Source: Gammaproteobacteria bacterium (GTDB lineage: Bacteria; Pseudomonadota; Gammaproteobacteria; Pseudomonadales; UBA5518). From it: a stretch of 64,000 nt of DNA. The position numbers were made by a program, and so were the translations under genes. The DNA lies in the NCBI GenBank assembly GCA_016705365.1, contig JADIYI010000005.1, positions 320,280-384,279 of the forward strand, in the 5' to 3' direction. Shown in pieces: positions 19,304 through 28,648 of the stretch (positions are counted from its first letter, which is position 1; each line of letters starts with the position of its first letter). The notes below the pieces were generated by a model. That model made no database searches, was not told where the DNA came from, and saw nothing but the letters and a program-made list of their open reading frames with translations.

Positions 19304-20389
19304 ATGACAATGAAGCGCAATGCCGGTGTTTGCGTTCTTGCCCTCGTGGCTGCGCTGGCCTCTCTGACCAGCTGCGACGACATGAATGACGAGGGTGCGA
19401 ATCGGCCCGTCATCGCCGGGGAGGCGCTCGCGGATCCTGCCGTCATTCAACACGAGAGTTTGTACTATCTCTACGGCACCGCGGCGAATGCGAATCACTA
19501 CGATGTCTTTGTGTCGCAGGACGGACAGTCGTGGGAAAAGCACGGAACCGTCTTCGCCAGGGACAGCAATCTGCTCTGGGCACCGGATGTCTTTCCTGAT
19601 CCGCCGAGCGGCAGGTTTTACCTTTATTATTCGCTCGAATTCAGCGCCGGCGTTGCGGTTGCCGATTCTCCGCTGGGCCCGTTCGTGGACACGGGCATCC
19701 TCATCGAGGATGCCATTGACGCACACATGTATTTCGAGGACGGACATTACTTTCTGTATTACGCGACGACGGGAGAGAAGATCAGGACTCTCGAGCAAAT
19801 GGGCAAGCGGATATTCGGCGGAATGCTCGAGAGTCTTTTCGGCGATGAGGAGAGCATGCTCAGCTCTAATATCTATGTTCAGCGCATGCGCTCTCCCACG
19901 GAGACCTCCGGCGAAGCCGCGCTCCTGCTGCAGCCCTCAGAGCCATGGGAAAAGGGTTACAGCATGTGGGTGGTCGAGGCCCCTTGGTTGCTCAAGGAAA
20001 AGAACCGCTATTACCTGATGTACTCGGGCGGCCCCACGCACGAGAGCAGCTATGCGATCGGCATTGCGACCGCCGACAGTCCGTTGGGTCCATTCCATAA
20101 AAGTGCACAGAATCCGCTTCTGTACAGCACATCCGATGCTGCTGTGTTTGGCAGAAAGGTTGATGGACCGGGCCACCACAGCGTGGTCCGCGAGAACGAC
20201 GGCAGGTACCGGATCTATTTTCACCAGAATGCCTCCCGCCTGAACCTCGGCATGGGGAGACGCTATACGGCCCGTGGCGAGTTGCTCATCGATGACGCCG
20301 GAACGCTTGAAGTGCGACTCGGAGACGATTCGCAGTTACCGAGAAATCACGCGGGAACCCGCGGCTCCCGCCATGGCGCACGGCCTTGA
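19304..20389 (+). CDS. GH43-family glycoside hydrolase lipoprotein
   Basis: 361 aa. Lipobox 'LASLTSC'. GH43 blocks 'ADPAVIQHESLYYLYGT', 'LWAPDVF', 'VVEAPWLLKEKNRYYLMYSG' and 'GPGHHSVV'. Confidence 0.85.
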   Translation: MTMKRNAGVCVLALVAALASLTSCDDMNDEGANRPVIAGEALADPAVIQHESLYYLYGTAANANHYDVFVSQDGQSWEKHGTVFARDSNLLWAPDVFPDPPSGRFYLYYSLEFSAGVAVADSPLGPFVDTGILIEDAIDAHMYFEDGHYFLYYATTGEKIRTLEQMGKRIFGGMLESLFGDEESMLSSNIYVQRMRSPTETSGEAALLLQPSEPWEKGYSMWVVEAPWLLKEKNRYYLMYSGGPTHESSYAIGIATADSPLGPFHKSAQNPLLYSTSDAAVFGRKVDGPGHHSVVRENDGRYRIYFHQNASRLNLGMGRRYTARGELLIDDAGTLEVRLGDDSQLPRNHAGTRGSRHGARP

Positions 20390-20506
20390 GCAACCGGTGA
20401 TGCTGGTCTTCAGTTTAGGCGCCGTCGATGATCTGCGGTGGGGCAACGGGACGGAAGTTTTCTGCGAGCTCGGGAATGATGTCGATTCTCCCTTGATGCA
20501 TGGGAA

Positions 20507-20929
20507 TCAGCTGACGTCCATCTGGATTACTTCGTTGATGTGCCCTTCCGGGTCCAGCACGAAGGCGACGCGCAGACCGAATTCGGGGATGTCGCGGATC
20601 GGCTCCGGTACGCTGCCTCCGGCGGCCGTGGCGCGCCCGACCAGTGCTTCCAGATTCTCGGTGACATAGCCCTGCACCGATTCCCCGGCCGATGGGCCGA
20701 TCGAGTCCATGTACGTGATCAGGGTCAGCGCCGGTCCGCCCTGGTAGGTCGACTGAAAAGTGATCTCGTCGATAGCGCGACCGAACATCGCATCCTGGTG
20801 CCGGTTGAATGGAATCAGCCCGAACACCTCCTGGTAGAACGCGGCCATCGCGTCGAGGTCGTGCACGAAGGTTTTGGCAAAACCGTATTGCGTCGCACGA
20901 GTGGTACCGAATGGGCGGGGGTCTGTCAT
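20507..20929 (-). CDS. VOC/glyoxalase-family protein
   Basis: 140 aa. 'FVHDLDAMAAFYQEVFGL' and 'RVAFVLDPEGHINEVIQ'. Start overlaps the stop of the upstream gene (ATGA, 20926-20929). Confidence 0.8.
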   Translation of the reverse strand: MTDPRPFGTTRATQYGFAKTFVHDLDAMAAFYQEVFGLIPFNRHQDAMFGRAIDEITFQSTYQGGPALTLITYMDSIGPSAGESVQGYVTENLEALVGRATAAGGSVPEPIRDIPEFGLRVAFVLDPEGHINEVIQMDVS

Positions 20930-22092
20930 CGAAATATCCTTTGCTCATGTTCGTTCTGCGTCGGTTGCGGCCAGTTTCTTCCCGTCTTGTCGAGACCCGG
21001 ATCATGACCATATGCGACCTGTGTGTAGAGCGGCGTGACGCTTGCGCCCTCGGGATAGCTGCACGGCCCGCCGATATCGTATGCCGCATTCAGCGTGGCG
21101 ATGAATTCCGCATCGTGCAGCGGATCGCTCGGCGTGCTGATCTCGATGCCCTTGGCACGCACGTCATCGATCAGCATGTTGATCGCCTGCTCGTGCGTGA
21201 GATCGTGCGTGCCCTCCATGTTTTTCTTCAGCTCCGTGAAGTCCTCGAACACCTCGGCCGACCAGTGCACCAGGAAGCGCAGTTCGCTCGTGTGGTGGCG
21301 CGCGATGACGCGATCGCCGGTCTTCAGCAGCCAATGATCGCGGTCCGCGGGGTCGCCGGAAAAGCGGGTGCTGAAGTCGAGGCCGGCCGGACGCTGCTGT
21401 TCCAGCGCTCCGTTAGCCTCGCCGCGGTGGAACATCATCTCGTTCTGCACCAGCACGCCACGGTTCCACACCGGCGGGGCCAGGCGTTGCGGCGGCATCA
21501 ACGGGCCGTCCGGCCAGTAGCTGAAGCCGCTGTGCGGATCGAGCGAGAACCAGGTGATGACCTGCGCCATCTTGATCAGGTAGTCCGTGAACAGCCCCGA
21601 CTTGCCCATCACGCTGCACAGCCACGTCGGCGAATTTTCGTAGCGCACGCCGCGGAAGCTCGGCGAGTCGAGGTGCCCCGGGTCGGTGTTGCCACAGGGT
21701 CCATTCACGTTGAACAGCATCATCTGCGGCTTGGCGTATTGCGCGCCCCAGTAGGATTTCGCGAGCTCTAGGAAGCAGGCGTTGTAGAAGCAGTCCTCGA
21801 TCTCGGGATGGAGCGCGGCCGAGTAGTTGGCGTAGAAGCCGCGAAAGGTCGGCGTCAGGAACATATCCAGCGTGGGTGTGATGCCCGGCGGAAAGCTGCC
21901 GGACATGGTCGCCAGCAACTCGTCTGCCGAGGCGAAGTGTTGCGCAATGATCAGCTTCCAGGGGCCGTGCCGGCGTACCACGTCGAGCAGTCGCTCGCGC
22001 TGGTCCTCGGTGTAGACATCGTGCAGTTCGCGGGGCGGGGCCGCCGGCTGCAGCAGGTCGGACAATTCCTTGCGTCGTGCGTCGCTCAACAT
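20926..22092 (-). CDS. Conserved hypothetical protein (possible non-haem Fe oxygenase fold, speculative)
   Basis: 388-aa ORF with host-like codon usage, translationally coupled to the VOC gene. It has a 'DPGHLDS' H-x-D element and a later 'MMFHRGE'. I recognise no family. Confidence 0.7.
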   Translation of the reverse strand: MLSDARRKELSDLLQPAAPPRELHDVYTEDQRERLLDVVRRHGPWKLIIAQHFASADELLATMSGSFPPGITPTLDMFLTPTFRGFYANYSAALHPEIEDCFYNACFLELAKSYWGAQYAKPQMMLFNVNGPCGNTDPGHLDSPSFRGVRYENSPTWLCSVMGKSGLFTDYLIKMAQVITWFSLDPHSGFSYWPDGPLMPPQRLAPPVWNRGVLVQNEMMFHRGEANGALEQQRPAGLDFSTRFSGDPADRDHWLLKTGDRVIARHHTSELRFLVHWSAEVFEDFTELKKNMEGTHDLTHEQAINMLIDDVRAKGIEISTPSDPLHDAEFIATLNAAYDIGGPCSYPEGASVTPLYTQVAYGHDPGLDKTGRNWPQPTQNEHEQRIFR

Positions 22093-22189
22093 GAGTGGTC
22101 CTCGTGTGTGGATTGTATTCGGGGATGGATTGGCAGTGCTTCAGTAATGAGCAGACAGAAAAGCACAGACTTCGCTGATTGCGATTCGC

Positions 22190-22575
22190 GCCAGTGGCGG
22201 CAGGCCGCGCGGGCGTGCTCCGCAACTGCGTCACGGCCCGGCAGTCGTCAGAACCTGCGGGGAAGGGGTGTTCCGGCGCCAGGCGGTAGTCGACCGAAAC
22301 CAGCATGGAGTTTGCGCCGCGGGCGAGTGGTTGCGGCAAGGGTTGCGAGCGTGTGGGCGGCCATGGAGGCGCAGCACCGTGACGCCGAGATAGGAACGCG
22401 GGTCGTCCTCGCCCAGCTCCTCGCGTTCGAAGCATGTCAGCACTATCAAGAGCGTTGGCACATTGCCTTCGGTGAGCGCGACTCGCAGATCGGCGGTCGG
22501 TGATGGGCAGCGCTGCGGTATGGGCGATCGATGAGAGTGGGGCGAGAGCGTTCATTTGAATCTCGGGTTGCGGTG
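22190..22575 (-). pseudogene. Remnant of an alpha/beta-hydrolase fold-3 (HSL-type esterase/lipase) gene, N-terminal part only, frameshifted
   Basis: The reverse strand reads '[29 protein letters not shown]', the hallmark [12 protein letters not shown] block. An upstream 'TVLRLHG' (HGGG box region) lies in another frame. No GDSAGG nucleophile block follows. Confidence 0.55.
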
Positions 22576-22626
22576 GGGCAACGTAGTGACTATTGAGCAT
22601 TCTAGCAGTGGCGACGGTTAATTTAC

Positions 22627-22870
22627 TTACAAATATATTAAATATTTCACGAGATCCTTTCCGGTTGGCGTGGCATGCTGATAAAGGTAAAACGTGCGGA
22701 GATTGCGCGTGAGGATCTTGCCGCCGGGATTGCGCGGCAGGGCGTCGGTGAAATCACCCGCTTTGGACACTTGACATGATAGAGATTTTGTACCGAGAGC
22801 TCCCCGGCTGATGCTGAAGAGCCAATCTCGCCGATAAGCGGGGATCTAATCGCAAGGACCTGGCGATGTG
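22627..22870 (-). pseudogene. C-terminal remnant of an AMP-dependent synthetase/acyl-CoA ligase gene
   Basis: The reverse strand 22770->22627 reads '[25 protein letters not shown]...' then a stop. This is the terminal 'LP(K/R)xxxGKIxRRxL' motif of adenylate-forming enzymes. The upstream 'PLIGEIG...' piece is in a different frame. Confidence 0.5.
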
Positions 22871-22984
22871 GGCGATTGCCGGCGGGACACCGCGAGCTTT
22901 CCTGTGCCCAGTGCCACACTCCTCTTGGCGGCGGCAACGAGCGGCCGCTGCCGGCCCTGAGCGCAGGAGTGGGACGCGAAGACT

Positions 22985-24169
22985 ATGCTCGTGTCAGTCA
23001 TGCAGGAATCGAACATGGACAATGACGGACTCGCGGATATCCGCCAATCGGTGCGAAAGCTGTGTGAGGGCTTTCCGGGGGAATACTGGCGCAAGCTCGA
23101 TCGCGAGCGCAGTTACCCGAGCGAGTTCGTCGCGACGCTGACGCGCGCGGGCTTCCTGTCGGTACTGATCCCGGAACAGTACGGCGGCGCCGGGCTCGGC
23201 ATCGAGGCGGCGGCCGCGATACTCGAGGAGATTCACCGCTCGGGCTGCAACGGCGGTGCCTGCCACGCCCAGATGTACACCATGGGTGCGCTGCTCAAGC
23301 ACGGCACGGCGGAACAGAAGGCGCGTTACCTGCCAAAGCTGGCGAGTGGCGAGTTGCGCCTGCAGGCCTTCGGCGTGACCGAGCCCGACAGTGGCACCGA
23401 CACCACGCGCATCACCACCTTTGCGCGCCGCGAGGGCAAGAGCTATTTCGTCAGCGGCCAGAAAATCTGGATCAGCCGCGCCGAGCATTCGGACCTGATG
23501 GTGCTGCTGGTGCGCACCACGCGTCGCGAGGAGTGCGCCCGGTCATCGGACGGGCTGAGCGTGCTGCTGGTCGATATGCGCGAGGCGCTCGGCAAGGGGC
23601 TCGTGATCCGCCCGGTCCGCACCATGATCAACCACGCCACGACCGAGCTGTTCTTCGACGAGCTCGAGGTTCCGCTCGCCAATCTCATCGGCCAGGAAGG
23701 CAATGGCTTTCGGCATATTCTCGATGGCATGAACGCGGAGCGCATCCTGATCGCGGCGGAATGTATCGGCGACGGGCGTTTTTTCGTGGATCGTGCGGCG
23801 GCCTACGCCCGCGAGCGCTCGGTGTTCGGGCGGCCGATCGGTCAGAACCAGGGTGTGCAGTTCCCGATCGCGCGCGCCCATGTGCAGCTCTCGGCTGCCG
23901 CCGAAATGGTGAACAAGGCAGCGGCGATGTACCAGTCGGGCCAGCCCTGTGGCACCGAGGCCAACATGGCCAAGATGCTCGCCTCGGAAGCCAGCTGGTA
24001 TGCTGCCGACATGTGCGTGCAGACCCATGGCGGTTTTGGTTTCGCGGAGGAGTACGACATCGAGCGCAAGTTCCGCGAGACGCGCCTTTACCAGGTCGCA
24101 CCGATAAGCACCAACCTGATCCTGAGCCATGTCGCCACGCATGTGCTGGGATTGCCGAAATCCTTTTGA
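22985..24169 (+). CDS. Acyl-CoA dehydrogenase
   Basis: 394-aa ORF. The start may be ATG 23015, which has AGGAA 6 nt upstream. Motifs 'GVTEPDSGTD', 'QKIWISRAE', 'FGRPIGQNQGVQFPIA' and 'QTHGGFGFAEEYDIERKFRETR'. Confidence 0.9.
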   Translation: MLVSVMQESNMDNDGLADIRQSVRKLCEGFPGEYWRKLDRERSYPSEFVATLTRAGFLSVLIPEQYGGAGLGIEAAAAILEEIHRSGCNGGACHAQMYTMGALLKHGTAEQKARYLPKLASGELRLQAFGVTEPDSGTDTTRITTFARREGKSYFVSGQKIWISRAEHSDLMVLLVRTTRREECARSSDGLSVLLVDMREALGKGLVIRPVRTMINHATTELFFDELEVPLANLIGQEGNGFRHILDGMNAERILIAAECIGDGRFFVDRAAAYARERSVFGRPIGQNQGVQFPIARAHVQLSAAAEMVNKAAAMYQSGQPCGTEANMAKMLASEASWYAADMCVQTHGGFGFAEEYDIERKFRETRLYQVAPISTNLILSHVATHVLGLPKSF

Positions 24170-24186
24170 AGACTGGCGGAGCAGCG

Positions 24187-25026
24187 ATGCCGGACCTCGC
24201 ACATCTGCGCTCCTGGATCGGGCGCGAAGAAATTGCCCACGATGTGGCGGGCGCGGGCCCGCTTGCCGGGTTGGCGGCGCTGCTCGATCGCGAGCAGCCG
24301 TTTGCGCAAAGCCTGCCGCCGCTGGCGCACTGGCTCTATTTCCTGCCGTATGTACGCCAGTCGCTGATCGGTGCCGACGGTCATCCGCTGCGCGGCGGCT
24401 TTCTGCCGCCGGTAGCGCTGCCACGGCGCATGTGGGCCGGCGGGCGGATACGTTTCGTGACGCCGATCGGGCTCGGTGCGCGCATGCAGCGCCGTTCCGT
24501 AATCGATGAGATCAAGCGCAAGAGCGGCGCCTCGGGCGATCTGGTTTTCGTGACGCTGCGTCATGAAATCAGCGCCGACGGCGAACTCGCACTGGTCGAG
24601 GAACAGGACCTGGTGTATCGGGGCGAGCAGGGCGAGGCGCGCCCGGAGGCTGCAACCGAAGCCAGACGCACGGCTGATCGCGAGGAGATCGTGAGCGTGG
24701 ATCCGGTGCAGTTGTTTCGTTTCTCGGCGCTGACCTTCAACAGTCACCGCATCCACTACGATCGCGACTATGCGCGCGTGGTCGAGGGCTACCGCGGGCT
24801 GGTAGTGCACGCTCCGTTGCTGGCGACCTTGCTGGTGCATTTCTGGCTGGAGCAGGATTCAACCGCACCGATCCGCAACTTCAGTTTCCGCGCCCTGCAA
24901 CCGTTGCTCGACGATGCACCGTTTGCGTTGTGTCTGAAGCGGCGGGTCGCGGGGGGCGAACTGTGGACGCGTGACCATGCCGGGCGGGAAACGATGCGTG
25001 CGGAGCTCGATTGCGCGCCAGGGTAG
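24187..25026 (+). CDS. MaoC-like / FAS1-like double hot-dog dehydratase (mesaconyl-CoA-hydratase-like)
   Basis: 279 aa from ATG 24187. The longer ORF 23533..25026 overlaps the ACAD gene and is rejected. 'FSALTFNSHRIHYDRDYA' hot-dog motif. Confidence 0.8.
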   Translation: MPDLAHLRSWIGREEIAHDVAGAGPLAGLAALLDREQPFAQSLPPLAHWLYFLPYVRQSLIGADGHPLRGGFLPPVALPRRMWAGGRIRFVTPIGLGARMQRRSVIDEIKRKSGASGDLVFVTLRHEISADGELALVEEQDLVYRGEQGEARPEAATEARRTADREEIVSVDPVQLFRFSALTFNSHRIHYDRDYARVVEGYRGLVVHAPLLATLLVHFWLEQDSTAPIRNFSFRALQPLLDDAPFALCLKRRVAGGELWTRDHAGRETMRAELDCAPG

Positions 25027-25045
25027 AGGTGCGCGGCGACCCGGC

Positions 25046-25576
25046 TCAGCGCATCACGCCCACCGGCGGCGGGGTGCCGGGTGGCGGGTAGGCGGGCGCA
25101 TGACTGGCCGCCGCGGTGTGCTGCGACACGAATTGCCCGGGCAACTGATTGCCTTTGGCGTACATGCATTGCATATAGGCGATGTCGTAGCTGCGCTGCA
25201 TCTGGTACGACGATCCATACATGCCATCGCTGCCCGCCGCGCTGCCGATCAGCAATCCGGTGCCGGCGCCAATCGCCGCACCTGATCCCGGCTCGCCGGA
25301 TGCGGAGCCGATGATTGCACCGGCGGTCGCGCCGAGTGCCGTACCCACCGCCGCGCTGCGAACGGCATTGTCCTCGGCGGCGCTGGCGGCGGGGGCCACC
25401 ACACCCTGCGCATACTGCTGACAGCTCAGAGAGTCATTCTGGAACTCGTTGAAGTTCTTGTGCGCTCCCGGGAGGACCATCACGGTAGGTGCAGTGGGCA
25501 CGCTCGCGCAGCCATTCAGAAGCACGCTCGCGGCCAGTGACAGTATCGGGACGCTCAGGGTCGGGGCAATTTTCAT
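25046..25576 (-). CDS. Glycine-zipper lipoprotein
   Basis: 176 aa from ATG 25576. Signal peptide and lipobox 'LAASVLLNGC'. Glycine-zipper stretch 'AAVGTALGATAGAIIGSASGEPGSGAAIGAGTGLLIGSAAG'. Pro-rich tail. Confidence 0.8.
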   Translation of the reverse strand: MKIAPTLSVPILSLAASVLLNGCASVPTAPTVMVLPGAHKNFNEFQNDSLSCQQYAQGVVAPAASAAEDNAVRSAAVGTALGATAGAIIGSASGEPGSGAAIGAGTGLLIGSAAGSDGMYGSSYQMQRSYDIAYMQCMYAKGNQLPGQFVSQHTAAASHAPAYPPPGTPPPVGVMR

Positions 25577-25583
25577 ATAACAC

Positions 25584-26054
25584 CTATCGCGCCAGCTGTG
25601 GCGCACCTCCGGTTTGCGGGACGACTGACAGCCAGGTCGTATTGCAGTGCTGTACGTAGGGGTGGTAGCCGGCGGGATCCTCGCAGTAGAACCAGTAATT
25701 GCTGGTCGCGGGTGCCGCCGGCTCCCGGGAAACGTAGACCTCGGGCGCGGGCTCGGGGATATACACGCGCGATTCGATCACGCGCTGAACCGGGTACGCT
25801 CCATAGGCATAGGGGTACGGATAGCCGACGCCATAGGCATACGGATAAGACCATGCTCCCCACCAGCCCGGCCCACCCAGCGCGACACCCCAATAGCTGC
25901 CGTGCCAGTTGCCACCATGCCCGCCGCCGCCGTGCCAGCTACCGTGGTGGCCACCACCGCGATGACCGCCGCCTCCACGGCCGTCGGCCAGTACGGAGCT
26001 GCCCGGCGCCAGCGCCAGCAGCATCGCGACCCCCACGACAAAAGCCTTTTTCAT
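25584..26054 (-). CDS. Secreted Gly/His/Trp/Tyr-rich protein with conserved Cys-X12-Cys C-terminal module
   Basis: 156 aa from ATG 26054. Signal peptide 'MKKAFVVGVAMLLALAPGSSVLA'. Repeat region 'GRGGGGHRGGGHHGSWHGGGGHGGNWHGSYWG'. Then 'YPYAYGVGYPYPYAYGAYP' and C-terminal 'YWFYCEDPAGYHPYVQHCNTTWLSVVP'. Confidence 0.7.
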   Translation of the reverse strand: MKKAFVVGVAMLLALAPGSSVLADGRGGGGHRGGGHHGSWHGGGGHGGNWHGSYWGVALGGPGWWGAWSYPYAYGVGYPYPYAYGAYPVQRVIESRVYIPEPAPEVYVSREPAAPATSNYWFYCEDPAGYHPYVQHCNTTWLSVVPQTGGAPQLAR

Positions 26055-26426
26055 GCAATTCGCTCCATGGCCGGAAAAACATCTCTCGATCACGATCGAA
26101 AGACGGTTGTCGCAGTAGGTAACGAAGAGCGATGCCCGCGGTTGACAGTTTCGTGAAAAGATTCGATGGGGGAGAGCCGGGGTCTGGCCGAATCCACCGA
26201 AGGAACATCAGGCGGACAACACACGGCATCGATGTCTATACCTGCCCGGTCGATGTGCTGCGGCGCTGATTTTGGTGATGCGCTTGAGTTAATATCGACC
26301 AAACAGCACGACCTAACGTCGTCAAGTTCACATCGATGTCCCCTCGCTGAGATAGACAAGGCCTTTATCCAGCAGGCGAACAGTGAACAATCCATCAACG
26401 TGATGTTGCAGATCCAGCGAGAAATT

Positions 26427-27227
26427 ATGAAAATTGATCTGAGCAATAACGTAGCGATTATTACCGGTGCTGCTTCCGGTATCGGTGCAGCCAGTGCGTG
26501 CCAGTTTGTTGAAGCCGGTGCTCAGGTCGTGGTCGCTGATCTCAATGATGAAAACGGTGAAGCACTGGTTGCCGGGTTAAATGCGCTACGGTCCGGCAGT
26601 GCGATTTATCAACATTGTGACGTGACCGATCCGGTCGCGCTGGAGCAGCTGTGTCAGCTGGCGGTTGATCATTTCGGCCGTTTGACGATCATGGTCAATA
26701 ATGCCGGTCGCGGTGGCTTGGGGGAAACGCCGGACATTCCCATCGAAGAATGGAAAAGCATTATCGATATTGATTTGAACGGTGTGTTTTATGGTTCTCG
26801 TGCCGCGATCCCTCATCTCAAGCAGGCGGGGGGCGGTGTAATCATAAATACAGCGTCTTTATCGGGCCAGCGCGCGGATTACGGGTTTGGTGCTTACAAT
26901 GCAGCCAAGGCTGCAGTCATCAACTACACGCGCACTTTGGCGCTGGATCACGGCAAGGATAATATCCGGGCCAATGCGATTTGTCCCGGCTGGATTGCTA
27001 CGCCGCTTACTGCTGCTATCGGGGAAATTGAGCAGATTGCTTCTGCCTTGCAGCAGGCGATTCCTTTGCAACGGCCTGGCAAACCCGAAGAAGTGGCCGC
27101 AATGATCAGTTTTTTGGCATCGCCTCTGGCTGGCTACATTACCGGCGCTGATATTGTGGTTGATGGGGGTTTGGGGGTAAGTAATGGCCAGCCGAATATT
27201 CCGGCGATCTTGGCGGGGATGTCTTAG
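26427..27227 (+). CDS. SDR-family oxidoreductase (visibly lower G+C than its neighbours)
   Basis: 266 aa from ATG 26427. 'VAIITGAASGIGAA', 'NNAG', 'YNAAKAA' and 'PGKPEEVAAMISFLAS'. Codon third positions are much less G/C-biased than in flanking genes. Confidence 0.9.
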   Translation: MKIDLSNNVAIITGAASGIGAASACQFVEAGAQVVVADLNDENGEALVAGLNALRSGSAIYQHCDVTDPVALEQLCQLAVDHFGRLTIMVNNAGRGGLGETPDIPIEEWKSIIDIDLNGVFYGSRAAIPHLKQAGGGVIINTASLSGQRADYGFGAYNAAKAAVINYTRTLALDHGKDNIRANAICPGWIATPLTAAIGEIEQIASALQQAIPLQRPGKPEEVAAMISFLASPLAGYITGADIVVDGGLGVSNGQPNIPAILAGMS

Positions 27228-27269
27228 AGGGGCGGGCGAGGCGCAGGGTTTCTCCATGGGACAACCGAA

Positions 27270-28616
27270 GTGACAGCGACTGACGAAACCAGCAAGATCA
27301 CCGCCTGGCTTGAATCGAATTTGCGAGGGACGGTCGTGCGCATCGCCCGGCAGGCGCGCTGGCGGCCGGTATGGTTCGCGGATCTGGAACGCGAAGACGA
27401 ACGGCTCGAACTCTGCGTCCGGGGTGACCGTACGGACATGCGGCTGATCTTCCCGCTCGATCACGAGATGCGGTTCCAGTCACTCTTGCATGGCCACGGC
27501 ATCCCCGCGGCCAAGGTGCATGGGTGGATCGATGACCCGTGCGCCTATGTCATGGACCGCGTGCCGGGACGGGAAGACTTTGGCGGGCTAACGGATGCGC
27601 AGAAGTGCGCGGTCGTGGATGACTATGTCCAGATTCTTGCCCGCATGCATCGCCTCGACATCAATCCATTTGTGCAGGCCGGGATCGCGCGCGCTGCACG
27701 CCCGGAGGACTCGGGACGCATCGGCCTGCGGCGATACGAGGAAATGTTTCGCGCGGCGAAGCAGCATCCCGAGCCGTTGATGGAATTCTGTCTCGGGTGG
27801 TTGCGACGCCACCCGCCCGACTCCAGGGGTCGGGAAGCGCCGATCGTCTGGGACTCCGGACAATTTCATCATCAGCACGGCCGCATCACCGCGGTGCTCG
27901 ACCTCGAGCTCGCGCACATCGGTGATCCGATGATGGACCTCGCGGGCTGGCGCATACGCGACACGGTGCTCGGGTATGGCGATTTCACTTCGCTCTACCG
28001 GAAATACGCCGAACTCACGGGGGTCCCCGTCGACCTCGACGCCATCCGCATTTACCTCATCGCTTTTACCTTGACGAATCAGCTTGCGTTCGCCGCCGCG
28101 CTGCGCAACCCGCCGCCGGAATCCGATCTGATGATGAACCTGCGCTGGTGCGGTGAAACCAATCTGTTCGCGACGGAGGCGTTGGCAGAGTACCTCGACA
28201 TCGAGCTTCCGACGGTGGATATGCCGGCGCCGCGCGGCTCGCGCGCCGCGCCAGGCTACGGGCAACTTGCGGGGTCGTTGCGGCAGCTCGAGACCGACGA
28301 CGAATTCCTGCGCTATCGGGCGCGAATGGCGTTTCGCCTCTCCCGCTATTTGCAGCGTCACGACGAGATCGGCGCGGTCGTGGCAGAGTCCGACCTCGAC
28401 GACCTGCACCAACTTCTCGGCAAACGGCCGCCAACGTGGCAGGACGGTGAGACGGAGCTGGAGCGTTTCGTGCTGGCAGACGCCGATCAGGGCCGTCATG
28501 ACGAAGCACTGATCCAGTTGCTGCATCGGCGCAACCTCCGGGCGCAAATGCTGTTGGGACCGCCCGGATCGGCCATGACCCGTCACATTCCGATGCAGCG
28601 TTTCCCGCGCACATGA
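27270..28616 (+). CDS. APH-fold phosphotransferase-family protein, copy 1
   Basis: 448 aa. 'ITAVLDLELAHIGDPMMDLAGW' matches the DxE/W...GDPxxDL block of aminoglycoside-phosphotransferase-like kinases that are often linked to acyl-CoA metabolism. Paralog at 35707..37119. Confidence 0.85.
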   Translation: MTATDETSKITAWLESNLRGTVVRIARQARWRPVWFADLEREDERLELCVRGDRTDMRLIFPLDHEMRFQSLLHGHGIPAAKVHGWIDDPCAYVMDRVPGREDFGGLTDAQKCAVVDDYVQILARMHRLDINPFVQAGIARAARPEDSGRIGLRRYEEMFRAAKQHPEPLMEFCLGWLRRHPPDSRGREAPIVWDSGQFHHQHGRITAVLDLELAHIGDPMMDLAGWRIRDTVLGYGDFTSLYRKYAELTGVPVDLDAIRIYLIAFTLTNQLAFAAALRNPPPESDLMMNLRWCGETNLFATEALAEYLDIELPTVDMPAPRGSRAAPGYGQLAGSLRQLETDDEFLRYRARMAFRLSRYLQRHDEIGAVVAESDLDDLHQLLGKRPPTWQDGETELERFVLADADQGRHDEALIQLLHRRNLRAQMLLGPPGSAMTRHIPMQRFPRT

Positions 28617-28648
28617 AACGCCGCACGGATCTACAGGAAAGCGTAAAT

